Positions 1 to 8,678 of a stretch of DNA of 32,000 bases are shown piece by piece. This DNA is from Acaryochloris marina S15 (GTDB lineage: Bacteria; Cyanobacteriota; Cyanobacteriia; Thermosynechococcales; Thermosynechococcaceae), in assembly GCF_018336915.1 (NCBI RefSeq), contig NZ_CP064923.1:3150001-3182000 (forward strand). The letters run 5' to 3'. Each line of letters begins with the position of its first letter. The first letter of the stretch is position 1. The notes below the pieces were generated by a model, which was not told where the DNA came from, made no database searches, and saw nothing but the letters and a program-made list of their open reading frames with translations. Position numbers and translations under genes: made by a program.

Positions 1-1
1 C

Positions 2-121
2 GTCGGTACGATTGGCTATAAAACATTATTTGTCGTCGGCATGACGCTCTTTCTGATTACCTTTTGCCTAAACATGTTTAGCTTCTGGTTTGTTCGCCGT
101 TTCCAGGAGAAATACGAATGA
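2..121 (+). CDS. pstC: Phosphate ABC transporter permease PstC, C-terminal fragment (gene continues upstream of the window)
   Basis: The open frame from the window edge translates to VGTIGYKTLFVVGMTLFLITFCLNMFSFWFVRRFQEKYE*. This is a hydrophobic permease tail. Its TGA (119-121) overlaps the pstA ATG (118-120) as ATGA, which suggests translational coupling. It sits upstream of pstA-pstB. Confidence 0.7.
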   Translation, partial: VGTIGYKTLFVVGMTLFLITFCLNMFSFWFVRRFQEKYE

Positions 122-1053
122 CTTTGTCGAATCCCAGTAATTTATCCGATCTTCCAGGCAGTGGAAATGAGCAGTTTAAGCCTGCGTTGAAAACCCGCTA
201 TCGGTGGGATCGTATTTTTGAACTACTCACCTGGCTTGCCACCCTTATTAGTTTGGTGGTGTTGGTGACGTTGCTCTTCGATGTAATGAGTGATGGCCTC
301 AGTAGTATTGACTTAGACTTTATAAAAAATCCACCGTCCCGTAAGGCCGAGCGTGCAGGACTATGGCCCGCTCTGATGGGTACTGTTTGGCTTCTGGGAA
401 TCACGGCAGCATTCGCATTCCCCATTGGGGTGGGGTCTGGCATCTTTTTAGAAGAGTTTGCACCTGATAATTGGTTTACTCGAGCGATTGAGATTAATGT
501 TGGCAATTTAGCGGCAGTGCCCTCCATTGTGTATGGTCTTTTGGGGCTGACGGTTTTTGTGGACATTTTGCGACCCATTACCGGTGGCACTAGCGTATTA
601 GCAGGAGGCCTGACCCTCGCTTTACTAATCTTGCCGATCATCATTGTGAGTACGCGAGAAGCCTTGCGAGCAGTCCCTAGCAGTTTGCGCCAGGGAGGAT
701 TTGCCCTGGGAGCAACCCGTTGGCAAGTGATTCGTGAGTTAGTTTTTGCTCAATCTCTTCCCGGTATCTTGACCGGAACCATTCTGGCCCTGTCCCGTGC
801 CATCGGTGAAACGGCTCCTATCTTGGTGGTGGGTGCTGCAGGGTATATTGCTTTTGCACCGCCTCTATCTCTAGAAGGTTTGCAGTCTGACTTTACGGCA
901 CTACCTATCCAAGTTTATGTCTGGATTTCCCGTGCTCAGAAAAGCTTTGAGCCCATTGCAGCTGGGGGTATCCTAGTTTTGTTAGTAGTGTTACTGCTGA
1001 TGAATACAACGGCTATTCTTCTGCGTAATAAGTTCCAGAATCAAAAACTATAG
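118..1053 (+). CDS. pstA: Phosphate ABC transporter permease PstA
   Basis: 311-aa multi-pass membrane protein with the ABC permease EAA-like region (REALRAVPSSLRQGGFALGATRWQ). It lies between the pstC tail and pstB. Confidence 0.93.
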   Translation: MTLSNPSNLSDLPGSGNEQFKPALKTRYRWDRIFELLTWLATLISLVVLVTLLFDVMSDGLSSIDLDFIKNPPSRKAERAGLWPALMGTVWLLGITAAFAFPIGVGSGIFLEEFAPDNWFTRAIEINVGNLAAVPSIVYGLLGLTVFVDILRPITGGTSVLAGGLTLALLILPIIIVSTREALRAVPSSLRQGGFALGATRWQVIRELVFAQSLPGILTGTILALSRAIGETAPILVVGAAGYIAFAPPLSLEGLQSDFTALPIQVYVWISRAQKSFEPIAAGGILVLLVVLLLMNTTAILLRNKFQNQKL

Positions 1054-1116
1054 TTTTTCTCATTTTCCTGGTTGAAGATCGATATGTTATTTCCTTCCTT
1101 AATCCAGTAATAAGCT

Positions 1117-1143
1117 GTGTTCTTTAAGGTGAAATAAGAACAC
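1117..1143 (+). other. Stem-loop in the pstA-pstB spacer (GTGTTCTT-N11-AAGAACAC)
   Basis: Perfect 8-bp inverted repeat read directly from the sequence, inside an unusually long 129-nt pstA-pstB spacer. No T-run follows it, so it is not a canonical terminator. Confidence 0.3.
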
Positions 1144-1182
1144 TAGATTTACGCTCACTGATAAGCTTGTGGATACTAAGCC

Positions 1183-2010
1183 ATGACTAACCTTGCCGAC
1201 TCACCTATGACCTCTGATTCCAGACCAGTCACTGAACAGCCCGCGCTAAAGATGGAAGGAGTTTCCGTTTATTACGGTTCTACCCCGGCTGTTCGTGAAG
1301 TTTTTCTAGATATTCCAGCTAATCAAATTACGGCTTTCATTGGGCCTTCTGGTTGTGGCAAAAGCACCGTTTTGCGCTGTTTTAATCGCACAAATGATTT
1401 GATCCCTAGTGCGAAGGTCAAGGGCAATGTCTTTTTCCGAGGCGTTAATCTCTATAGCAAGAAAGTCGACCCGGTTGAAGTCCGACGCCGGATTGGTATG
1501 GTATTTCAAAAGCCGAATCCCTTTCCTAAGTCTATCTACGAAAATATTGCCTTCGGCGCTCGCATCAATGGCTTTCAGGGCGATATGGATCAGTTGGTAG
1601 AACGCTCTTTGCGTAAGGCTGCCATTTGGGATGAGGTGAAGGATAAGCTCAAGCAGAGTGGGTTATCTCTGTCTGGAGGTCAGCAGCAGCGGTTATGTAT
1701 TGCTCGTGCGATCGCAATCCAACCCGAAGTCATCCTTATGGACGAACCCTGCTCAGCCCTGGATCCCATTTCAACCCTGCGAATTGAAGAACTGATGCAG
1801 GAACTAAAAGAGCAGTACACCATTGTGATCGTCACTCACAACATGCAGCAGGCGTCTCGGGTTTCAGACAAGACCGCCTTTTTCAATGCGGAACCCACTG
1901 AGCAAGGCGGCAAGCTGGGGTATTTGGTGGAATTTAACGATACCGTCACCATCTTCACCAATCCCAAGCAAGACTACACCCGCGATTACGTCTCAGGTCG
2001 GTTTGGTTAG
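1183..2010 (+). CDS. pstB: Phosphate ABC transporter ATP-binding protein PstB
   Basis: Walker [13 protein letters not shown] signature LSGGQQQR and Walker B VILMDEP, with the typical PstB C-terminus ([10 protein letters not shown]). Confidence 0.95.
   Translation: MTNLADSPMTSDSRPVTEQPALKMEGVSVYYGSTPAVREVFLDIPANQITAFIGPSGCGKSTVLRCFNRTNDLIPSAKVKGNVFFRGVNLYSKKVDPVEVRRRIGMVFQKPNPFPKSIYENIAFGARINGFQGDMDQLVERSLRKAAIWDEVKDKLKQSGLSLSGGQQQRLCIARAIAIQPEVILMDEPCSALDPISTLRIEELMQELKEQYTIVIVTHNMQQASRVSDKTAFFNAEPTEQGGKLGYLVEFNDTVTIFTNPKQDYTRDYVSGRFG
1708..1715. repeat. HIP1 palindrome GCGATCGC
   Basis: Exact octamer read in the sequence. HIP1 is the highly iterated palindrome of cyanobacteria. Confidence 0.9.
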
Positions 2011-2033
2011 TGCAAGCATTCACAAGAAACAGA

Positions 2034-2056
2034 GGAAGCAGGGGGATCTAGCTTCC
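2034..2056. terminator. Weak hairpin between convergent pstB and the RTX gene (GGAAGC-N11-GCTTCC)
   Basis: 6-bp inverted repeat in the 82-bp convergent spacer. The downstream sequence is only moderately T-rich. Confidence 0.25.
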
Positions 2057-2092
2057 ACTGTATTGTTTCAACTGACTGAGTACCTAGAGGAT

Positions 2093-4114
2093 TTAGACCA
2101 GCGCTTCCAGTTGGGCTTCCGCAGCATTAATGGCACTTCGGCTGCCAAAAACCCTAATGCTATCCTCTCCGCTCAAATCAATATTTAAGCCGCCCGTAAC
2201 TCGCGAGAAAGTAATGGATCCACCAGATCCCAGGTAATCATCGAAATTGAAGGAATCCTGTGCTTGGAAGTCCAGAATAACATCACGATCAGAGATGCCG
2301 TCTAGGAGATCACTTTCAAACCGATAAACATCAGCGCCTCGACCGCCTCGCATCAGATCATTGCCGGTCCCTCCATTGAGGTCATCAGCGCCTCGATTTC
2401 CCAGCAAGATATCTCTATCAGTGCCACCAACCAGCCTATCGGCCCCTCTGCCACCGATTAAGTCGTCATCCCCTTTGCCTCCCAGAAGCGTATCGGCTCC
2501 TCGGCGACCCATTAAGGTATCGTTGCCATCTCCACCATCTAAAATATTGGCCTTGCGATCTCCTGCTAATCGGTCATTGAAAGTGCTGCCCGTCAGATTC
2601 TCAATACCAACTAAGGTGTCCCCAACGGTTACACCGGGAGCCACATCGTATTGAGCATTACCCGCATTTAAATCAGCTCTGATTTCAAAGGGAATGTCAC
2701 TAAAATCAGCCGTATCATTGCCACTACCACCATCGATTAGATCATTACCATTGCCGCCTCGGAGGGTATCGTCTCCTGCACCACCGAGGAGCTGGTCATC
2801 GCCATTGCCACCCGCAAGAAAATCATTCCCTGAGCCTGTGGTTAAGGTATCGTCGCCATTGCCACCTAGTGCCTGCAGATCAGTGGTTGCACCTGCACCA
2901 TCTAGGACATCGTTACCGTCTCCCGCATTGAACACCACATTTTCTAGTCCAGTGCCAGAAAGGTCACCCACGGTGAACTGGTCGTCTCCGCTATCGCTAT
3001 TCACTTCTAGGGTCTCAACGGTACTGATATCGAGGTCGAATTGGCCCAGATTGACCCGTTTAAACAAGACATCACTGGCTCCAGCGGCCACTTCAAATTC
3101 ATCGCCTTGATCAGGGCTGCCATTGACTTCGACGGTATCTTGATCGGCACCGCCATCAATCCGATCAGATCCATCCCCATCATTCCAAATAATCCGATCG
3201 TTGCCATCACCCCCGAGTTTGGTGTCATCCCCTTTGTCACCGATCACGGTGTCATCACCAGCGCCTCCATCCAGGAAGTCGTTGCCGTCTCCCCCGCTAA
3301 TAACATCGTTGCCATCGCCCCCTTGGACAATGTCATTACCACCAAAGGCGAGAATGGCATCGTTACCCCCAAAACCTCGGATAAACTCTCCTCCTGGAGT
3401 CCCAGTAAGGACATTGTCCTTGTCATCACCATCCTGAGTTTCGGCTGCTTGGGGTTCCCCGTAGATCAGGTCATCAATGACAACTACATCTACTCCATTA
3501 GCAGGATCATCATCTGCGCCAATGGGGGTATTGCCGCTAGTAATTTTAACTTTGTATAAATTGCCTTCTGCAAAGGTCGCTCCCAAGAAAGACAACCCTT
3601 GAGGATCTGGGTTAACAAACTCAGACTGCAAGAGATTGCCATCGATATCAAAGTACTCAATCTTAGTGCTGTCCGCTAAATCAACATCCGTAAAGACTGC
3701 TCCAAACCCACTAGACGTCGCTCGAACATCGGAACCGGGCACAAAAAATTCTACCTCTGTGACGTTGGACCCCGAAGGGGTAAACAGTCGAAATTCGCTA
3801 AAGGTATCGAACTGATCCGGGTAGGTGGAGTTGAGACTGTCAAATTCATCGTCGGGGGCACCTGGATCACTCGGATCTGGGTTGCTCACCCGGAACTCAG
3901 AACCCGCGTTGGTCAAAAATTCTGCACCCCGGGTAACGGTTTTGTTGAAAAAATCGGCAGGCATATCAAAAGGGACAATATTGGCATCCCAATTGATTTC
4001 CCGTCTGCCGTTGGCAACTGGGCCAAACGTATTGCCATTATTCGACCCACCTAATGCTGCCTGAAAATCGGCCACCACAGACGAAATATCGCCTGTTCCT
4101 TCAAATAAAGCCAT
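2093..4114 (-). CDS. RTX (hemolysin-type) calcium-binding repeat protein with an uncharacterised N-terminal domain; probable type I secretion substrate
   Basis: 673 aa. Dozens of GGxGxDxL/I nonapeptide repeats span roughly aa 225-620 (nt ~2257-3442). There is no N-terminal signal peptide, and the C-terminal tail is acidic. An SD-like GGGAGA lies upstream of the ATG. Confidence 0.9.
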   Translation of the reverse strand: MALFEGTGDISSVVADFQAALGGSNNGNTFGPVANGRREINWDANIVPFDMPADFFNKTVTRGAEFLTNAGSEFRVSNPDPSDPGAPDDEFDSLNSTYPDQFDTFSEFRLFTPSGSNVTEVEFFVPGSDVRATSSGFGAVFTDVDLADSTKIEYFDIDGNLLQSEFVNPDPQGLSFLGATFAEGNLYKVKITSGNTPIGADDDPANGVDVVVIDDLIYGEPQAAETQDGDDKDNVLTGTPGGEFIRGFGGNDAILAFGGNDIVQGGDGNDVISGGDGNDFLDGGAGDDTVIGDKGDDTKLGGDGNDRIIWNDGDGSDRIDGGADQDTVEVNGSPDQGDEFEVAAGASDVLFKRVNLGQFDLDISTVETLEVNSDSGDDQFTVGDLSGTGLENVVFNAGDGNDVLDGAGATTDLQALGGNGDDTLTTGSGNDFLAGGNGDDQLLGGAGDDTLRGGNGNDLIDGGSGNDTADFSDIPFEIRADLNAGNAQYDVAPGVTVGDTLVGIENLTGSTFNDRLAGDRKANILDGGDGNDTLMGRRGADTLLGGKGDDDLIGGRGADRLVGGTDRDILLGNRGADDLNGGTGNDLMRGGRGADVYRFESDLLDGISDRDVILDFQAQDSFNFDDYLGSGGSITFSRVTGGLNIDLSGEDSIRVFGSRSAINAAEAQLEALV

Positions 4115-4426
4115 AGTATTAATCTCCCTGTAACCATTACAAATTGAGTTTCGTCAGATTTCGCCCATTGAATTCCAGCTCCAGGTGCAAACACCTGCAA
4201 GCCTGAACCAACAGCGAATCTCAAATATTTGCGCTAATGGGAAATAGGGAACACCGAGTAAAAACTTGATGAAATCTGTTTGTCAGCTCTCATAGCTGAG
4301 CAAGAGCTAAGAAGTAAGGTTCTTCATTCCTATCTCTTGGCCACGCTAAAAAGCTGTGTCATGCATTCATGGTTAGGATAGAAATATCTTCCCCTTGAAT
4401 TTAGTTTTATCTAGATAAAAATAATC

Positions 4427-4460
4427 TCAATTCTATTGATAGTTGAACCAATAGAATTGA
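4427..4460. promoter_or_regulatory. Perfect 12-bp inverted repeat TCAATTCTATTG-N10-CAATAGAATTGA
   Basis: Read directly from the sequence. It lies in the 750-bp divergent spacer between the RTX gene and the STAND gene. It could be an operator or an RNA hairpin. Confidence 0.35.
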
Positions 4461-4505
4461 AGATTTGAGTGAATCAAAGACTTGATATTTACTATCAAAC
4501 GGTAT

Positions 4506-4550
4506 GGCTGACTGATTTAAGCCCTGAGAATGCCTGACTTTGGCCTGACT
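4506..4550 (+). repeat. Phased direct repeats GGCTGACT / GCCCTGAG / GCCTGACT / GCCTGACT
   Basis: Copies start at 4506, 4521, 4532 and 4543. The last three are 11 bp apart (one helical turn), an arrangement typical of winged-helix response-regulator sites. Confidence 0.3.
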
Positions 4551-4866
4551 TATCACTGAGTTTATTTGTAATTTCTCGCAGAATAAGCATCAATAGAAGT
4601 AAAAGGAGCAATCAAATATATGGAACCTGCCAACGCAAGCCATTGAGAGGGTTATCCTCAACCGTTAATAGATTTCAGTTTTATCGTTTTTCTAGAGTAA
4701 AAACTATGATTCTGAAGCCTAAATCTACACCCATCCCCTCCTTCTCTGAGAAAAAACTTCTTAGTCAACAGAAGCACTTGACTCCCAGCTGTCCAGATCC
4801 CGTTGAGACATACAACAGAAACATCCACCGAGAGGACCGAATTAGCCAATTTTTTTAGGATGATGC

Positions 4867-7800
4867 ATGTCTAGATCTCTAAACATCCATAGCGATTGTA
4901 TTGACCGTACTAAAGTAGCGCTGAAGCGGAGTGGCTTCCACAGTCAGCGTTCCTTAGCTGAGCATGTCGGCTTTAGCTTGTCTACCGTCAGTAACTTTTT
5001 AAGAGGGAAGCCTGTCGATTTTGCCACTTTTGTTGAACTCTGTGAACAGCTGAATTTAGATTGGCAAGCGGTGGCAGATCTAGGAGATCCAGTCCAGAAA
5101 AGTTTTTCACAGTACCCATCGTCTCCATCACAATCCCCAACCACTCGGGCAAGCTATCAAGATTGGGGAGAGGCCATAGATGTTTCCCGGTTTTATGGCC
5201 GGTCGGTAGATCTCAATAGGTTGTACACCTGGATTCAGACCGATCATTGTCGATTGGTCACCCTTCTGGGCATGGGAGGAGTAGGCAAAACGGCCCTAGC
5301 TGTAAAGGTAGCCCGGGAATTACAAGACCAGTATGATACGGTCATTTTTCGTAGCTTACGCAATGCTCCTGGGGTAGAGTCCTTGTTGGCTCAATTGATT
5401 CAAGTCCTCTCTCATCACCAGGAAACCAGAGTTTTTGAGTCTATTGCGGATTTGTTGTCGCGATTGGTACAGCATTTGCAGGAGAAACGCTGTTTGCTGA
5501 TCTTAGACAATGCTGAGTCGATTTTAGAGGACTGCAATCGGGCTGGCGTCTATCGAGCTGGGTATGAAGGATATGGGCAATTATTCAAAATAGTCGGAGA
5601 AACCCACCACAAAAGCTGTCTACTCCTAACATCTAGAGAGAAACCCCAGGGCTTAAATGGATTAGAAGGAGACAAATTACCCGTTCGCTGCCACCAAATT
5701 CAAGGACTATCAACTCAAGCAGGCCGTGAAGTTTTTAGTGCTATTGGCACCTATAAGGGCGGCGATGAAGACTGGTCAATCTTAATTGAGCGCTATATCG
5801 GTAATCCTCTGGCCCTCAAAATTGTGGCAACCTTTATTCGGGATGTTTTTGACTCTAACCTCAGTCACTTTCTGAGGTTTCTCAAACAAGAACCTTTTAT
5901 TTTTGATGACATTCAGGATTTACTAGGTCAGCAATTTCAACGTCTCAGTGCCCATGAGGCAGAGGTGTTATATTGGCTGGCCATCCATCGAGGACCCAGC
6001 TCCTATCAAAACATTCAGGCGGATATGCTGTCGCCGACTTCTATGGGAGAACTTTTACAAACGGTTGCAGCCCTCCAAAATCGATCCTTAATCGAGAAAT
6101 CTGCCAATTATTTCACGTTGCAGCCCGTTGTCATGGAGTACATGACCGCCCAGCTGATCCAAGAGATCTCTACATCCATCCAACAGAACCGGATCAACTG
6201 GTTTGCACAATACCCATTAGTCAAAGCTCAAGCCCCCGTTTCCATTGTTGAAACCCAAAGATGCTTGATTCTGCAGCCCATCGTTGATCGCCTATTAACT
6301 GCATTTGGAACAGCAGAAACAATTATTGAACATTTATTTTCCTTAATGCCTCAGCTTCAGGAACAAGCTCACCTGGGAAAGGGGTATTTCTGTAGCAACC
6401 TTCTCCACCTGGCTAAAGCGATGAAGGTTGATATCAGTGGCCGAGACTTTTCAGAAATGACCATCCGACAGGCGGACTTGCAGGGAATGGTGCTCCACGG
6501 TACCCACTTCGTTAATGCTAACTTTCGGGATTCTAGCTTTTCAGAAATTCTCGATGAGGTGAAAGCCGTCGCCTTTAGTCCTGATGGTCGGTATCTTGCG
6601 ATCGCAGATCAGGATTGCAAAGTCAGGGTCTGGTGTGCCCAAACCTATCAACAATTGTGGGTAGGCCATGAGCATCAAAACGCCGTCCTTTCCATCGCCT
6701 TTAGTCCCGACAGTCACACCTTAGCCAGTGCCAGCGCGGACCATACTCTTAAGCTCTGGAATGCAGAAGCTGGTAACTGTCTTTATACCTTCCACGGTCA
6801 TGGCTCGGAAGTCTGTACAGTTGCATTTAGCCCAGATGGTCAACTTCTGGCCTCTGGCAGCAAGGACACCACCCTAAAAATTTGGGGCGTTGATGATTAC
6901 GCGTGTCTGCAGACCCTAGCAGGTCATCAACAAGCCATCTTTACCATGGCCTTTAGTCCCGATAGTTCAATGATTGCCAGTGGGAGTTCCGATAAAACGA
7001 TCAAGCTTTGGGAGGTTGAAGGCGGTACCTGTAAACAAACTCTTCGTGGGCACCAAAACTGGGTCATGTCTGTGGCATTTTGCCCCCAAACCCACCGTAT
7101 CGCCAGCTGTAGTACAGACTGCACCATTAAGCTCTGGGAGCGTGGTAGGGATGAGCCGCTGCAGACCTTTAACGGTCACCACAACTGGGTAAACGCCCTT
7201 GCCTTTAGTCCAGACGGCAGTAAGTTGGTTAGCAGCAGCGGCGACCAAACTATCAAATTATGGAACGTTAAACAGGGGCGCTGTCTCCGCACCCTTACGG
7301 GGCATCACCACGGTGTTTTTACCATCGCCTTTCACCCCAATGGCCGCTTAGTGGTGAGTGGCAGCCTGGATCAAACTGTGCGGCTATGGGATATCGATAG
7401 CGGTAGCTGTTTGAAAGTGTTAACGGGGTATACCAACCGGATTTTTGCCGTTGCCTGCAGTCCTGATGGACAAACCATTGCTAGCGGAAGTTTTGATCAA
7501 AATATTCGTCTATGGGATCGGCAAGAGGGAACGATGTTGCAATCCCTAAAAGGGCATCATCAGCCCGTCTACTCCTTAGCCTTTAGTCCCCAGGGTGACA
7601 TCCTCGCCAGTGGTAGCGGTGACTATTCCATTAAGCTTTGGCATTATCCCAGTGGCCGATGTATTAGTACCCTCACTGGCCATCGAGGTTGGGTTTATGG
7701 TTTAGCCTATAGCCCGGATGGCAACTGGTTAGCATCTGGGGCTAGCGACCATAATATTAAAATATGGAGCCTCAATACTGAAGCCTGCATCATGACTCTG

Positions 7801-8442
7801 ACCGGCCATCAGACCTGGATTTGGTCCGTTGCTGTCAGCCCCGATAGTCAGTACATCGCTAGCGGCAGTGGAGACCGCACCATACGGCTATGGAATGTCC
7901 AAACCGGAGAAAGCATCCATACCTTATCGGGCCATAAAGATCGGGTGTTCTCAGTCGCCTTTAGTCCTGATGGCAAGTTAGTGGTGAGTGGAAGCTTTGA
8001 CCACACCATTAAAATCTGGGATGTGCAAACAGGGCAATGTCTGCAAACCTTAACGGGGCACACCAATGGCATTTATACCGTTGCCTTTAGTCCTGATGGT
8101 AAAACGTTGGCCAGTGGCAGCCTAGACCAAACAATTAAGCTTTGGGATTTGGCGACGGGGAACTGTATAGGAACCTTTGAAGGTCATGAGAATGAAGTAA
8201 GATCCTTAGCCTTTCTGCCCTCTTTATCGAATACAGAGCTCCCTCAAATTGCTAGTGGCTCCCAGGATCAGACCTTGAGAATCTGGCAGATGCAGTCCAG
8301 GGAATGCCAAAAAATCCTCAGGGTAAAACCGCTTTATGATGGGATGAATATTGCTGGGACGACGGGATTGACGAAGGCCCAGAAAGCCTCCTTAAAAGCT
8401 TTGGGAGCCTGTGAGCATTTTATGGCTAATACACTTCAGTAA
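4867..8442 (+). CDS. STAND NTPase: N-terminal XRE-like HTH, NB-ARC/NACHT-type P-loop ATPase, and 14 WD40 repeats
   Basis: 1191 aa. The HTH-like segment is RSLAEHVGFSLSTVSNFLRGKP. Walker A is GMGGVGKT (nt 5269-5292) and Walker B-like is CLLILDNAES. There are 14 repeats of the xAFSPDGxxLASGSxDxTIKLW type from aa 565 (nt ~6559-8317), enough for two 7-bladed propellers. Confidence 0.9.
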   Translation: MSRSLNIHSDCIDRTKVALKRSGFHSQRSLAEHVGFSLSTVSNFLRGKPVDFATFVELCEQLNLDWQAVADLGDPVQKSFSQYPSSPSQSPTTRASYQDWGEAIDVSRFYGRSVDLNRLYTWIQTDHCRLVTLLGMGGVGKTALAVKVARELQDQYDTVIFRSLRNAPGVESLLAQLIQVLSHHQETRVFESIADLLSRLVQHLQEKRCLLILDNAESILEDCNRAGVYRAGYEGYGQLFKIVGETHHKSCLLLTSREKPQGLNGLEGDKLPVRCHQIQGLSTQAGREVFSAIGTYKGGDEDWSILIERYIGNPLALKIVATFIRDVFDSNLSHFLRFLKQEPFIFDDIQDLLGQQFQRLSAHEAEVLYWLAIHRGPSSYQNIQADMLSPTSMGELLQTVAALQNRSLIEKSANYFTLQPVVMEYMTAQLIQEISTSIQQNRINWFAQYPLVKAQAPVSIVETQRCLILQPIVDRLLTAFGTAETIIEHLFSLMPQLQEQAHLGKGYFCSNLLHLAKAMKVDISGRDFSEMTIRQADLQGMVLHGTHFVNANFRDSSFSEILDEVKAVAFSPDGRYLAIADQDCKVRVWCAQTYQQLWVGHEHQNAVLSIAFSPDSHTLASASADHTLKLWNAEAGNCLYTFHGHGSEVCTVAFSPDGQLLASGSKDTTLKIWGVDDYACLQTLAGHQQAIFTMAFSPDSSMIASGSSDKTIKLWEVEGGTCKQTLRGHQNWVMSVAFCPQTHRIASCSTDCTIKLWERGRDEPLQTFNGHHNWVNALAFSPDGSKLVSSSGDQTIKLWNVKQGRCLRTLTGHHHGVFTIAFHPNGRLVVSGSLDQTVRLWDIDSGSCLKVLTGYTNRIFAVACSPDGQTIASGSFDQNIRLWDRQEGTMLQSLKGHHQPVYSLAFSPQGDILASGSGDYSIKLWHYPSGRCISTLTGHRGWVYGLAYSPDGNWLASGASDHNIKIWSLNTEACIMTLTGHQTWIWSVAVSPDSQYIASGSGDRTIRLWNVQTGESIHTLSGHKDRVFSVAFSPDGKLVVSGSFDHTIKIWDVQTGQCLQTLTGHTNGIYTVAFSPDGKTLASGSLDQTIKLWDLATGNCIGTFEGHENEVRSLAFLPSLSNTELPQIASGSQDQTLRIWQMQSRECQKILRVKPLYDGMNIAGTTGLTKAQKASLKALGACEHFMANTLQ
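6598..6605. repeat. HIP1 palindrome GCGATCGC
   Basis: Exact octamer. Confidence 0.9.
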
Positions 8443-8596
8443 ATTCCCATGAGAAAAAGGTGATTTAACGGATCAGTAGAAAATTTAACTATTTTTCTAC
8501 AAAAACTCCTAGAAGTTTTGCTGCATTTAGGTTTGAAAGTCCTATCACCCCTTAACAAAACAGGGCCAAAATCCCAACTAGAGGAGAGATTGTAGT

Positions 8597-8641
8597 CCTA
8601 AAAAGAAAAGCAATGGCCTTCGTTTTATCAAAAGCCATCGC
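8597..8641 (-). terminator. Rho-independent terminator for the 8679..9524 gene
   Basis: The minus strand reads GCGATGGC-loop(16)-GCCATTGC (8-bp stem with one G.U pair), followed by TTTTCTTTTTAGG. It starts 38 nt downstream of the stop codon. Confidence 0.6.
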
Positions 8642-8678
8642 CATCAGTCAACGCCAACACAACTTGGAGAACCTCAAC

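Noticed and set aside
198-1600. Antisense or alternate-frame ORFs within pstA and pstB (198..644, 1306..1509, 1409..1600)
   Set aside because: They are embedded in strongly supported transporter genes and are typical spurious overlaps.
2257-3442. 27-bp periodic repeats
   Set aside because: These are the coding periodicity of the RTX nonapeptide repeats, not a non-coding tandem repeat.
2361-4064. Several 60-170-aa plus-strand ORFs (2361..2654, 2694..3110, 3041..3559, 3201..3437, 3825..4064) rich in Pro/Ser
   Set aside because: They are antisense shadows of the RTX GGxGxD repeat gene. They have low-complexity composition and no independent start or RBS context, and they are fully contained in a much longer, well-supported minus-strand CDS.
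4643-4858. 71-aa ORF (or a 50-aa version from the ATG at 4706) ending 8 nt before the STAND start
   Set aside because: It has an alternative start codon, no RBS, no recognisable features and a low-complexity basic composition. An upstream leader peptide cannot be excluded, but nothing supports it.
6559-8317. Regular ~126-bp periodicity with recurring GCCTTTAGTCC(T/C)GATGG strings, which could superficially resemble a tandem-repeat or CRISPR-like array
   Set aside because: The period equals one 42-aa WD40 blade inside a continuous ORF. The repeats are not identical, there is no conserved repeat/unique spacer structure, and no cas genes are present.
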